A DNA stretch of 64,000 nucleotides from Nanobdellota archaeon (GTDB lineage Archaea > Nanobdellota > Nanobdellia > Parvarchaeales > Parvarchaeaceae). Where the stretch lies: NCBI GenBank assembly GCA_021807085.1, contig JAKAPM010000001.1:13226-77225 (forward strand), in the 5' to 3' direction. Shown here piece by piece: positions 8,285-18,302 of the stretch. Positions within the stretch are counted from its first letter, which is position 1. The number at the start of each line of letters is the position of its first letter. Made by a program: the position numbers and the translations under genes. The notes under the pieces were generated by a model. It searched no databases. It was given only the letters and a program-made list of their open reading frames with translations, and was not told where the DNA came from.

Positions 8285-9802
8285 AATATTCACTCAAATA
8301 TAACATTGTACTGTAATTTAATATTTGGAGTGATGTTTACTATGCTTAGTGGAGCAAACTAAGACCAACGGTAAGTCGCCTACGCTACTCTGGCCCCGCT
8401 AAAAGTTTTTTCTAAATGTGGCGTTTTTAATGTATAGTATACTATGCAACATTTAAATAATCTTGTATACTATAAATAAAGTGGACATCGAGCTTCTGAA
8501 GACTGTCGTAGAAGACCAACGGGAAAGAATAGAAAAACTGATCAAAAAAAAGGAGATTATAATGAGGGACTTGAAAGTTGGCGACTTCATAAAGTACCCA
8601 AATTCGTTGGTGATTCTCGGTGTAAGAAGAGCGGGAAAATCGACTCTTTCCATACAAACGTTTTACGGCAGAAAATTTGCTTACATAAATTTTGATGATG
8701 AAAGATTGATAGACTTGGACACTGCAGACCTTAACAAGATACTACAGGTGTTCTACGAATTATATGGAAAGGATGTTGATAACATGATTTTTGATGAAAT
8801 ACAAAATATGAGGGGCTGGGAATTGTTCATAACACGGCTCAGAGACACAAATAAAGTGATAATTACCGGCTCAAATTCAAACCTTTTGGGGGGAGAATTG
8901 GCCACACGCTTGACAGGCAGGCACATAGATGTGACGCTATTCCCGTTCAGCTTCAAGGAATTCCTAAGATACAGAGGATTTGAAATCAAAAACGTATTCA
9001 ATACGCGGGAAAAGGCGGAACTTGTATCCTTCCTCAGGGATTATATGATAAATGGCGGATTCCCCGAGAGGTTAAGTTCGGGCAGTGAGATCATCGCAAG
9101 TGTATACAATGATATACTGAATAAAGATATAATAAACAGGCACAGGATAAAAAACAGGGAAGATTTGAGAAAAATCTCGAGATATCTGATTTCAAATGCA
9201 TCAAATGAATTTACATTTGACTCTTTAAGAAAAATAACCGGGGTTAACAGCCTGATAACCCTGTCAAACTGGGTTAAATTCCTGGAAGAATCGTATCTGA
9301 TATTTAGAATTGAGCGATTTTCATTTAAACTCAAACAAACATTCAAGGCTCCGAAAAAGATCTATTGCATAGATAATGGAATAATAGACAACGTAAGTAT
9401 ACGGACTTCTGAAGATTTAAGCGGATTAATCGAGAACATCGTCGCGGTAGAACTGTTTAGGCGGCGAAGCTATAACCGGATAAAAGAGGAGATTTATTAC
9501 TGGAAGGACCATCAGCAACATGAAGTGGATTTTATAATTAAACGTGGTTTCAAGATAACGCATATTATTCAGGCGACGTACGTATCCTCCCGAGAATCTA
9601 TAAAACCCGCAGAAATAGATAACCTGATTATTGCTTCAAATGACTTGAACTGCAGTAATCTAGCGGTAATAACTTGGGACTACGAAGCGGAGGAGAAAAT
9701 CAAGGGCAAAAGGATAAGGTTTATCCCGCTATGGAGATGGCTCCTTGACATAAAATAACGTTACAAATACCATTATCACCAACGCGTATGACTTCTGCGC
9801 TA
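8240..9802. mobile_element. Putative integrated-element or recombination remnant bounded by the tRNA-Ser-derived direct repeats; carries its own tRNA-Ser 5' half and a COG1373 ATPase
   Basis: segment between the 49-bp repeats; no integrase present. Confidence 0.3.
8463..9758 (+). CDS. AAA+ superfamily ATPase of the archaeal COG1373 type (AAA_14 + DUF4143-like C-terminal region)
   Basis: Walker A ILGVRRAGKSTL, Walker B MIFDEIQ, 431 aa, architecture typical of the multi-copy archaeal ATPase family. Confidence 0.7.
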   Translation: MYTINKVDIELLKTVVEDQRERIEKLIKKKEIIMRDLKVGDFIKYPNSLVILGVRRAGKSTLSIQTFYGRKFAYINFDDERLIDLDTADLNKILQVFYELYGKDVDNMIFDEIQNMRGWELFITRLRDTNKVIITGSNSNLLGGELATRLTGRHIDVTLFPFSFKEFLRYRGFEIKNVFNTREKAELVSFLRDYMINGGFPERLSSGSEIIASVYNDILNKDIINRHRIKNREDLRKISRYLISNASNEFTFDSLRKITGVNSLITLSNWVKFLEESYLIFRIERFSFKLKQTFKAPKKIYCIDNGIIDNVSIRTSEDLSGLIENIVAVELFRRRSYNRIKEEIYYWKDHQQHEVDFIIKRGFKITHIIQATYVSSRESIKPAEIDNLIIASNDLNCSNLAVITWDYEAEEKIKGKRIRFIPLWRWLLDIK

Positions 9803-9851
9803 TCATCAAAACGCTGGGAGCAGGATTTGAACCTGCGAATCCTTTCGGAAA
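9803..9851. repeat. 49-bp perfect direct repeat, copy 2
   Basis: identical to 8191..8239. Confidence 0.9.
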
Positions 9852-9908
9852 TCGGTTTGCTCTGCTTCCGCTCGAGACCGACGCGTTACCAGGCTGCGCT
9901 ATCCCAGC
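9812..9908 (-). tRNA. tRNA-Ser (anticodon CGA) with a 13-nt intron at the canonical 37/38 position; perfect acceptor stem
   Basis: acceptor GCUGGGA/UCCCAGC perfect; anticodon stem UCGGU/ACCGA enclosing CUCGAG + intron CGGAAGCAGAGCA + A; shares 3' half with 8200..8284. Confidence 0.7.
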
Positions 9909-9971
9909 ATAGTTAGAATCTAACCTTTTCAGATTAATATATTACACTGGGATTCTTAGCCGCAAAATCGC

Positions 9972-10295
9972 TTAGAATGTTATCGGAGTATAGCCTTTCT
10001 CTATGCTGTCTGTAATGAATTCTCCGGCTGGCAACAGGTCCGCCATTTTACTCAGCTTTTCTTTTATGTTCGCCCTCTCGGCTACGAACACGCAGGCTTT
10101 GGGTCTTTCCGCGCCTGGAAAACTCTCCGCTACCTGCTTTGCTAACTCTGGATTATCTGCTATCGCAGACTCGCTGGGTCCGAAGAATAGGAGTCTTACC
10201 TCGTGTCCCTTATCTTTTTGCCTCTTGCTGAAACCTATAGCCAAGTTTATTTTTTCAGGCTCTTGGCTTACTACGATTGTTAATAGTTTTACCAT
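9972..10295 (-). CDS. DsrE/DsrF-like small protein (YchN-like fold)
   Basis: 107 aa, general similarity to the DsrE/DsrF family by eye; weak. Confidence 0.35.
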   Translation of the reverse strand: MVKLLTIVVSQEPEKINLAIGFSKRQKDKGHEVRLLFFGPSESAIADNPELAKQVAESFPGAERPKACVFVAERANIKEKLSKMADLLPAGEFITDSIEKGYTPITF

Positions 10296-10342
10296 ATTTA
10301 GATAAAGAAAGTTATGTTAAAAAGCTTAACTAATTAAGCTAA

Positions 10343-11323
10343 TTAATAGTTCTGATAAAATTTCAATAAATAATCAAAAAGTTGTTTATCAATCTTATCA
10401 GTATACACAAGGATTAATCCATTTCTAAGTAAAGTTATTTTGTTAAAGCCCATTTTAAGATGTTTACTGAGTAATGCGTTCACAGTTTCTAAATCCAGAA
10501 ATCTGGACTGAATATAATAAAACCAGTATCTGTTATCAACTCCAAAATCTTTTGGATTAAGTAATATCTCATTCCTTTTTAGATATTCAAGATTGGATCT
10601 GAAATCTGAATATTTGAAAATTTCATCCCTAGAGAGTTTCATGCCGATAAGGACTAAATATACAAATAAGCGCTGTAAGCCCGTATATCGTTCTCTTATT
10701 CCCTCAAAGTTAGCTGTCCCTCGGCCTTTTATGCCATAAACTGTATTTCTGTATAATCTTTTCAAAAGTTTAATCTTGCCTTTTGCATAGCGCCTATCTC
10801 TATTTCCGGTTATTATGTAGTTTTTAGAAATTGTTATTGGCAGTAGAAAAACTTTTAACCCATTCTTAACTGCTCTAGCTGAAAATTCAAGATCTTCGTA
10901 AGTATTCATATCTTTCCACGGTATCACGCTATCAGCTGTTTTGCGATCCATGAAACCAAAAGGAAATATTGAATTTGTTTTATACTTACTTAAAATTTTA
11001 TATACAAGCCTCGAAAAGCCGGGTAAATATATCGTGTCCAAATCAACATAAAATGTATACGCTCCAATTGTATTTCTGTAAGCTACTGTTCTACCAACAC
11101 CTTTAGTACATTTCATTTGGATAACTTTGAAGTTCTTATATTTCTTTACAAATTTTTGTAAAATTTCATAAGTACCATCAGTACTAAAATTATCTACGAT
11201 AACAAACTCAAAGTCGTATCTAAAGCTTTTAAATTGTTTTATAATGGAGTTAATAGAGTTCTCTACAACAGCTCCATTATTATACACTGTTGCATATATA
11301 CTAATTTTTGGTGGGTTGTTCAT
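10343..11323 (-). CDS. Glycosyltransferase family 2
   Basis: N-terminal ISIYATVYNN...FEFVIVDNFSTDGT GT-A signature. Confidence 0.75.
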   Translation of the reverse strand: MNNPPKISIYATVYNNGAVVENSINSIIKQFKSFRYDFEFVIVDNFSTDGTYEILQKFVKKYKNFKVIQMKCTKGVGRTVAYRNTIGAYTFYVDLDTIYLPGFSRLVYKILSKYKTNSIFPFGFMDRKTADSVIPWKDMNTYEDLEFSARAVKNGLKVFLLPITISKNYIITGNRDRRYAKGKIKLLKRLYRNTVYGIKGRGTANFEGIRERYTGLQRLFVYLVLIGMKLSRDEIFKYSDFRSNLEYLKRNEILLNPKDFGVDNRYWFYYIQSRFLDLETVNALLSKHLKMGFNKITLLRNGLILVYTDKIDKQLFDYLLKFYQNY

Positions 11324-11353
11324 TAGTTATTAATACCGAAACCTGTTATAAAG

Positions 11354-12493
11354 TTAAATCTCACCGGAAGAAAGCATTTGGTCTATTACTTTTCTGATAT
11401 CATTAAGCATTTTATCAGCGGTAAACAACGCCCCTGTCTTCAGGGCATTCTGCCTTATTAACGACAGATCGTAAGGAGGTAAAGTTCCTGTTATTGAAAT
11501 TAGTAAATTTGCTATATTTTTAGCATCCCTTTCTATGAAGAACCCATTCTGATCTGTGCCAGAATCTTTTATTATATCAACGCTACCCTTGTTTTTTGAG
11601 ACCAACAAAATCTTCCCATACTTTAATGCCTCTAACGCTACTAGACTAAAGCTTTCCGCGCCAGAAGGCTGCAGAATAAAATCTGCACGTGTATAGAGCT
11701 GTCGTTTGAGTTCATCTGATATTTTGCCAAGTAACTTGACGTTGTTTCTTAAGCCTAGTCGCGATATTGTGTTTTGATACAACTTTCTATCCTTTCCAGA
11801 ACCTGCTATTAAATATACAAAATTTTCCTTATTTTTGTTGATATCTAAAATTTCTCGCATTGCTAGTATTCCTTTTAAAAATCCTTTTTGTCGTTCTTCT
11901 AACCTACCTATACTAAAAATAACTTTACTATCACTAGATATACCCAATTCTTCGAAATATTTTGGATTTGGGTGGGAATTGGCGGTATTTACGTCTATAC
12001 CCAAACGCAACAAATCTACATTACTGTTACCATATCTGTTAGATAGTTCCTCCATATCGGTAGTATTTAATGCTAGAATCTTAAACTTTTTAGTTTTAAT
12101 TAGAGGATCTGGATAAATTTTCCCAAATTCAAATATGGGCCCATGTTTTATTATAATAATTTTACCGTATGATACGTTATGTTTTCCGCCTCGCAATAGC
12201 GCCAAATCATCAGAATTGCTGTTGGAAATAAGCAAGTCGCAGTTCATTTTCAGATTCTTTACAAATATATATTTTAGAATGGGAAGCCTTCGAAGCAAAT
12301 TTCCGACCCCGCTTATTTTTGGTAAAAATTTAGAAAAGGGAAAAGTTTTTGCTTGCACTTTTATATCAAAAGGATACCCTATATACCTAACATCGAAGCT
12401 TCCGGATAATCCTTCTGTAATCAGTTTGGTTATAAGCTCCTCTCCACCAAAAAGTGGTTTAATGCGAACATTGGATATTACTATTCTGTTCAT
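11354..12493 (-). CDS. Glycosyltransferase family 4 (GT-B, group 1)
   Basis: C-terminal GT1/GT4 domain (QPSGAESFSLVALEALKYGK). Confidence 0.7.
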   Translation of the reverse strand: MNRIVISNVRIKPLFGGEELITKLITEGLSGSFDVRYIGYPFDIKVQAKTFPFSKFLPKISGVGNLLRRLPILKYIFVKNLKMNCDLLISNSNSDDLALLRGGKHNVSYGKIIIIKHGPIFEFGKIYPDPLIKTKKFKILALNTTDMEELSNRYGNSNVDLLRLGIDVNTANSHPNPKYFEELGISSDSKVIFSIGRLEERQKGFLKGILAMREILDINKNKENFVYLIAGSGKDRKLYQNTISRLGLRNNVKLLGKISDELKRQLYTRADFILQPSGAESFSLVALEALKYGKILLVSKNKGSVDIIKDSGTDQNGFFIERDAKNIANLLISITGTLPPYDLSLIRQNALKTGALFTADKMLNDIRKVIDQMLSSGEI

Positions 12494-12542
12494 ACTATAA
12501 ACAAATTAAGTATTAATTATATACTTACATTAAGAGATTAAA

Positions 12543-13604
12543 ATGGATTTAACACTGATATCGAATGGATTCTCAAACAGCAGTGGCTACGGTATCCAGA
12601 GATACTCATATGATCTGTATAGTGCACTGTCTGCTACATTCAATATAACAAAAGTAGACTTGTCTGCGATAGCAAATTATCTAAATATACCAATATTAGG
12701 ACCCCCTATAAATAGACGGATATATTTTAGTATGCACATTGATAAAATAAAAAACAAAAATGTTCATTTCCTACAACCTCTTTTAACTACTAAATATCTA
12801 AAAAGTAGTAAGAAAAAAATAGTTACATTTTGGGATTTTTATGTATTCGACAAAAATTACATCAAAATGATTTATCCTAAGGAAGCGTCTATGTTCAAAA
12901 AACTAATAGTTTCTAATATAAGGAGATTGTCCTTAGCCGATACATTAAAAGTGTCTAAAGCGGTGAATGTATATGATTATATATTTACAGTCAACGAAAA
13001 AGTCGCATCTAGATTAACAAATGATTTTGGGATTGAACCAGATAAGATAGGTGTGTCTTACCCTATAGTAAATAGCAAATTTGTACCAATTAAAAGATAC
13101 AAAAAAGAAAAAACCAAAATCATTGGTTATGTTAACAGTTATCCATACAATAAAAGAGAGAAACTGAGAGTTTTCATAGAAACGTTCAAGAAATTGAAAA
13201 ATGAAAACTTGGCACTACACCTATATGGAAATGGCTTTCCATTTAATGAACTAATAAAAGATGATAATAGGATAAAATACTTTGGATTCGCACGGGAAGA
13301 AGATATAGTAAAAATATATAATTCCTTCGATGTCTACTTATCAACCTCTACTACGGAAGGATTTGGAATACCAATAATACAAGCCAAAGCCTGTGAAACT
13401 CCTGTTTTATGCTATGATGGTGACCTTCCGACGGTTATAAAAAGAAACACCATAATTTGGAACGAAGAAAATATAGAACAGATATTAAAGGATCAAAGTT
13501 GGGAAAAATTGGATTTAAAAAAAGCCACTCTTGATGCAGAAGAATGTAAGTCGAATACTGTAATACCCAAAATTATTGAAGTATACAAAAATGTCTACAG
13601 ATAG
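12543..13604 (+). CDS. Glycosyltransferase family 4 (GT-B, group 1)
   Basis: TSTTEGFGIPIIQAKACETPVL motif (E-x7-E region of GT4). Confidence 0.7.
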   Translation: MDLTLISNGFSNSSGYGIQRYSYDLYSALSATFNITKVDLSAIANYLNIPILGPPINRRIYFSMHIDKIKNKNVHFLQPLLTTKYLKSSKKKIVTFWDFYVFDKNYIKMIYPKEASMFKKLIVSNIRRLSLADTLKVSKAVNVYDYIFTVNEKVASRLTNDFGIEPDKIGVSYPIVNSKFVPIKRYKKEKTKIIGYVNSYPYNKREKLRVFIETFKKLKNENLALHLYGNGFPFNELIKDDNRIKYFGFAREEDIVKIYNSFDVYLSTSTTEGFGIPIIQAKACETPVLCYDGDLPTVIKRNTIIWNEENIEQILKDQSWEKLDLKKATLDAEECKSNTVIPKIIEVYKNVYR

Positions 13605-13613
13605 TAATCTTGG

Positions 13614-14561
13614 TTAAATACTTAGAGAATGCGCATACCAACTAACAGTTTTATTAAGGCCATCATCAAGACTAATTTTAGGTGAATATCTCAAAAGCCT
13701 TTTTGCAAGACTAATATCAGGTATTCTTCTAGTTACATCCCCCTCTCTGGGTTCTAAATGTTTTGCTACAAATCTCTTGTTGCACAGCTTATGGATTTTT
13801 TTAGCGAGCTCTAACATTGTCACTTCCTTATCATTCCCTATGTTCAATATAGTACTTTTTACCATAGATGACCTCATTATCATCTCTACAGTATCGTCAA
13901 CGTAGCAGAAGCTTCGCCTTTGCTTTCCATTCCCAATTAGAGTGAAAGGTTTATCCTCTAAGGTCTTCTTTATAAATTCTGGGACAACCTGACCGTATTC
14001 GCTAGTATCCATCCTTGGACCATAAGAATTAAATATTCTCAATATAGAATAATCAAAATTGTGAATTTTAGAGCTCCATATAGTATACATTTCGCCAACC
14101 ACTTTACTCATAGCATAGGTGAATCTAGGATTTCTTGTATCCTCCATCCATATCTTCTCTGTTTCGGGGGTGGGTATTTTATCCGCATTATGATAAACTT
14201 CGGAGCTCGATGCAAATACAAATTTTCTAACATGGTTAGATGCTACTGCATCCAATACATTTAACGTGCCTTTAACGTTTACGTCCAGTACTGTTAAGGG
14301 ATTGTCGTAAAAATGCTTTGTACCATTAACCGCCGCCATGTGATACACCACGTCAACATTCTTGAATAACGAATTTATTTTATCTTTTACTAGATCCCTC
14401 TTTACAAAACTAAAATTTGGGTACTTATTCAATTCTTTGATATTTTCATATTTACCACGGTAGAAGTTATCTATTCCTATTACTTTGTAACCACGTTCCA
14501 GTAGGCGTTGTGATAAAAAGAATCCAATAAATCCTGCTGCCCCAGTAACAATTACTTTCAT
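13614..14561 (-). CDS. NAD-dependent nucleotide-sugar epimerase/dehydratase (UDP-glucose 4-epimerase / UDP-glucuronate decarboxylase family)
   Basis: MKVIVTGAAGFIGFFLSQRL Rossmann GxxGxxG, YxxxK later; start taken at MKVIVTG giving an ATGA overlap with the upstream dehydrogenase stop. Confidence 0.8.
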   Translation of the reverse strand: MKVIVTGAAGFIGFFLSQRLLERGYKVIGIDNFYRGKYENIKELNKYPNFSFVKRDLVKDKINSLFKNVDVVYHMAAVNGTKHFYDNPLTVLDVNVKGTLNVLDAVASNHVRKFVFASSSEVYHNADKIPTPETEKIWMEDTRNPRFTYAMSKVVGEMYTIWSSKIHNFDYSILRIFNSYGPRMDTSEYGQVVPEFIKKTLEDKPFTLIGNGKQRRSFCYVDDTVEMIMRSSMVKSTILNIGNDKEVTMLELAKKIHKLCNKRFVAKHLEPREGDVTRRIPDISLAKRLLRYSPKISLDDGLNKTVSWYAHSLSI

Positions 14562-15856
14562 AGTCCAAATCCCCAGTAAATTATATTTTTCTTTCCTTTT
14601 AACCAAGGCATTATACCCCAAATATCTACTATGATTGCAGGTTTATGCAAGTTTTTAATTAATTTAAGCATTTTAATTTTATCTAAAAACTGTTTGTGCT
14701 TAACAGCAACAATAACACATTCTTTTCCTTTTATTACATTATTTAGGTCGATTTCGCTGTCTATACCATCAACATTCACATAATCACTCTTTCCAATATA
14801 TGGATCGTATATGGAAACATTGAACTTATTAGAAAGTGATTTAGCAAGATCTAAGGATGGACTCAGTCTTGTATCGTCTGCATCTTCTTTGTATGTTATC
14901 CCTAAAATTAGAACTTTATTTAAATTGTACTGATTCAGGAGATAGCTTATTTTTGACGCAATGTAATTAGGCATTTCATCACTAATCTTGCGCGAATACC
15001 ACCAAACACTGTGTTTTTGTTCTCTAGATATGTCTGGAAACGAAAGTTCTAAGAAATACGGGTCTTTTGTGAGGCAATAGCCGCCTATTCCTATAGACGG
15101 GTTCTTTATGTTGTTTCTTGGATAGTTTGAATTTGCCGCATTTAATGCCTCAAAAATATTTACTCCCACATTTTCTGCTGCTATAGCAACATCATTAGAG
15201 AATGCGAACATAGTGGCCCTATAAGAATTATCCAATAATTTTATAAATTCAGCGGTGCGTGGATTGCTAACTCGGGTTATTGGTGCGTTACTTATAGTTT
15301 TTATATATCTACTCACATTTTTAAATCCTTTTTCGCTATATGCTCCAACTATACGTGGCAGTGTCAGTTCTTCTTTTAACGCAACGCCTTCTACTATTCT
15401 TTCTGGCCAAAAAACGAGAAAAAAATCGACCTCTGATTTAAGACCAGTTTTACTAATAATAAAATCTCTAACTTTATCAATAGTTCCCACTGGTAAAGTT
15501 GTTCTAAATACTATTGTTTTACCACTAACTCCAATCTGACAAAAATAAGATATAATTTTCCAAAAATTATCAAATGCGCTTCCGCCATTAAATGGATCGA
15601 CGCCTATTGTTACAATTACTATCTTTATCTGATTCCAGTCACTTTGATTTAGTTCAGTTTTTGGATAAAATGTTTTATTTAATGTAGATTGTAGCAGCTT
15701 ATCCATTCCTTTTTCGATAAATGGTAACTTCTTACTAATCAATCCATGAATAAGGTTTAGATTTTTGTCGTACCCTATGACGTTATTGCCTTTCTTAGCT
15801 GATAATAGTGCGTGGGGTAACCCAACTCTACCCAATCCAACAACCAACGTTTGCAT
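14558..15856 (-). CDS. UDP-glucose/GDP-mannose 6-dehydrogenase family (nucleotide-sugar dehydrogenase)
   Basis: N-terminal VVGLGRVGLPHA Rossmann, central GGYCLTKD catalytic-Cys motif; start taken at MQTLVVGLG. Confidence 0.8.
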   Translation of the reverse strand: MQTLVVGLGRVGLPHALLSAKKGNNVIGYDKNLNLIHGLISKKLPFIEKGMDKLLQSTLNKTFYPKTELNQSDWNQIKIVIVTIGVDPFNGGSAFDNFWKIISYFCQIGVSGKTIVFRTTLPVGTIDKVRDFIISKTGLKSEVDFFLVFWPERIVEGVALKEELTLPRIVGAYSEKGFKNVSRYIKTISNAPITRVSNPRTAEFIKLLDNSYRATMFAFSNDVAIAAENVGVNIFEALNAANSNYPRNNIKNPSIGIGGYCLTKDPYFLELSFPDISREQKHSVWWYSRKISDEMPNYIASKISYLLNQYNLNKVLILGITYKEDADDTRLSPSLDLAKSLSNKFNVSIYDPYIGKSDYVNVDGIDSEIDLNNVIKGKECVIVAVKHKQFLDKIKMLKLIKNLHKPAIIVDIWGIMPWLKGKKNIIYWGFGL

Positions 15857-16022
15857 ATTAATTAAAAATCTATGTTTTCCTAATTTATATACAGGCATTA
15901 TCTGGTATAGCTACAATTAAATTTGTCAATTCTTACTTTTGCGTATTGGCATTTCAAAATAACTTCAGTAAATTTTATTTCCCTCAGTGTCATAATTATA
16001 CACCGACAAATAGATTTATTAG

Positions 16023-16808
16023 TTAATATTCAAAAAAGAGATTTTGTATGAGGTCCATGTTTTTATCGTGATTTTCGATAGCCCGGCCTTCGTACTTTAA
16101 TGAGTATTTTCGTTCTGATAAAAAAGCTATAACCTCATTTTTTAGCTTTTGGGTGTGCGTCTCAATTATTATTTTAGGATGAGTTTTATTTATTGTTTCT
16201 ACTGCTCCTTGTAACACATCTACTTCAAAACCCTCAACATCAATCTTCAATATATCCGGATTTAATTTATAGCTGTCCAAAGTTCTTACTTCTGTTAGTT
16301 GTTTCTTACCAACACCGTTAGCATTCATCATATCACTATTATAAGCTACCTGAATCTTCTGGTTACTACGCCCTAAAGCGACAGGATAAAAATTGAAATT
16401 TTCCATCACACTATTTAGAGTCAGATTTTCTTTGATTATACGAATGTTATTGGATAGTGGCTCAAATGCAAACACTTTTGCTCCATAATATTTGTTGCAC
16501 AAAATCGCGTAGTCGCCAAACTGGGCACCCACATCTACAAGGATATCATTCTTTTTAGGGATAAACTCTTCATATTTTAAGTAGTCTCTCTCTACAAACA
16601 TCTCAGTAACTAAGGAATCTTTAGAAAATGTTAGTCCAAAATCTCTCAAAGCTATATCTTTTGCTGGTTTTCTCCGAGAGATCTCTAGGGCTTTTTCCCT
16701 ATTGAATGGTCTTACAAAAATATCGTAGAATAATGGCTTTGCGACAGGATACTTCAAAGCTTTTAGGCTCTTGTAATAACTTATTTTATTTGCTAACTTT
16801 TTGTTCAT
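16023..16808 (-). CDS. FkbM-family SAM-dependent methyltransferase
   Basis: VDVGAQFGDYAI...FAFEP motif typical of FkbM methyltransferases. Confidence 0.6.
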   Translation of the reverse strand: MNKKLANKISYYKSLKALKYPVAKPLFYDIFVRPFNREKALEISRRKPAKDIALRDFGLTFSKDSLVTEMFVERDYLKYEEFIPKKNDILVDVGAQFGDYAILCNKYYGAKVFAFEPLSNNIRIIKENLTLNSVMENFNFYPVALGRSNQKIQVAYNSDMMNANGVGKKQLTEVRTLDSYKLNPDILKIDVEGFEVDVLQGAVETINKTHPKIIIETHTQKLKNEVIAFLSERKYSLKYEGRAIENHDKNMDLIQNLFFEY

Positions 16809-16848
16809 ACCGAAATTGGTTGTTAACTGCTAAAAGCTAGATATTATC

Positions 16849-18273
16849 TTAAGTATTAAAATACTTCCTGACAACTGCAAATAGCTTGCCAGTATCAATA
16901 ATTTGATAGCCTTTGGACTCTATCTGATTTCTTATCAAGTCAGACTCTTCCCATTTCTTCTCCTTCCTGAGCTCCTGCCTCTGCTTTGCTAGCTCTGTTA
17001 TCTCCTTCGGGATCTCGTATTTCGTCTCCAATCCAAGGACGGAATTCATTCTCGTTATAGCGTTCTTCAGGACAGCGTAATCCTCCCTGGTTATCTCGCC
17101 CTTGTCTACCCTGAAGTCCACAAGATCTAGGACCGAAAAGAAAGCTTCCAGTGCGGTGTGAGTGTCGAGGTCGTCGTCTATCGAATCCTTGAACTTTTTC
17201 GTAGCCGCCTCTACGTTGTCATTAAACTCGTTTTCCGCAAGCAGGTCTTTACCGTCCTTGTCTCTCTTTTCCAGCACTTCCAGCGCCCGCATGCTGGTAT
17301 CGATCCTCTGCATCGTCTTCTCGTACCTCTTAAGGCTATCAAAAGTGAAATCCACCTTTGTCCTGTAATGGCTGTCGAGGACCATGAGCCTGAATGCGAG
17401 TGGATCGAACCCTCTTTCTTCCAAATCCCTCAGGGTGAAGAAGTTCCCCAAAGACTTCGACATCTTCTTCCCGTTGACGAGGACATGCTCCCCGTGCAAC
17501 CAATAGTTCACAAACCTCTTGCCTGTGTACGCTTCTGATTGCGCTATCTCATTCTCGTGGTGCGGAAAAATAAGATCTACTCCGCCAGCATGCAGGTCTA
17601 TCGTCTCCCCGAGGTACTTTATGGACATCGCAGAACATTCGATGTGCCACCCCGGCCTGCCCTTTTTCAGCTTGTCCTCCCAGTAGACTTCTCCATCGTC
17701 CTCCGTCCAGTACTTCCATAACGCGAAATCCGCAGCATTCTCCTTGTCGTACTCATCCTTCGCTATCCTCGACCTGCTATTGTCCTGCTTTATCCCGGAC
17801 AGTTTCCCGTAGTCCCCAAAAGCGGAGACCTTGTAGTATATCCCGTCGTCGGCTTCGTAGGCGTATCCTTTCTTTATCAGGTCTAAGATAATGCCTTGCA
17901 TCTCCTTTATGTTCCCGGTTGCCTTTGGATATTCCTCCGCGCGTTCTATGTTGAGCTTGTCCATGTCGTCCATGAAGTATTTCGTGTAAGTTTCAGTGTA
18001 ATCCTTCAACGGCACGCCGGTCTTCGATGAATTCTTTATAGTCTTGTCGTCCACGTCGGTGATATTCATGACCTGCCTCACCCTGTACCCCGCGAACCCT
18101 AGGCCCCTCCTCAAAATGTCGTAGAATATGAACGTCCTGAGGTTGCCTATGTGGGCGTAGTTGTAGACGGTCGGGCCGCACGAGTAGAAGGTGACTTTCA
18201 GGGGATTCGCCGGCCTGAATTCCTCCACTGAACGCGAATAGGTGTTGTAGAGCCTCATATTTGCTGATAACAA
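16849..18273 (-). CDS. cysS: Cysteinyl-tRNA synthetase
   Basis: HIGN (class I HIGH) and KMSKS motifs, [20 protein letters not shown]; true start possibly MRLYN (18258). Confidence 0.9.
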   Translation of the reverse strand: MLSANMRLYNTYSRSVEEFRPANPLKVTFYSCGPTVYNYAHIGNLRTFIFYDILRRGLGFAGYRVRQVMNITDVDDKTIKNSSKTGVPLKDYTETYTKYFMDDMDKLNIERAEEYPKATGNIKEMQGIILDLIKKGYAYEADDGIYYKVSAFGDYGKLSGIKQDNSRSRIAKDEYDKENAADFALWKYWTEDDGEVYWEDKLKKGRPGWHIECSAMSIKYLGETIDLHAGGVDLIFPHHENEIAQSEAYTGKRFVNYWLHGEHVLVNGKKMSKSLGNFFTLRDLEERGFDPLAFRLMVLDSHYRTKVDFTFDSLKRYEKTMQRIDTSMRALEVLEKRDKDGKDLLAENEFNDNVEAATKKFKDSIDDDLDTHTALEAFFSVLDLVDFRVDKGEITREDYAVLKNAITRMNSVLGLETKYEIPKEITELAKQRQELRKEKKWEESDLIRNQIESKGYQIIDTGKLFAVVRKYFNT

Positions 18274-18302
18274 TTAATACGCCTGATTGTTAATATAAAG
18301 AT

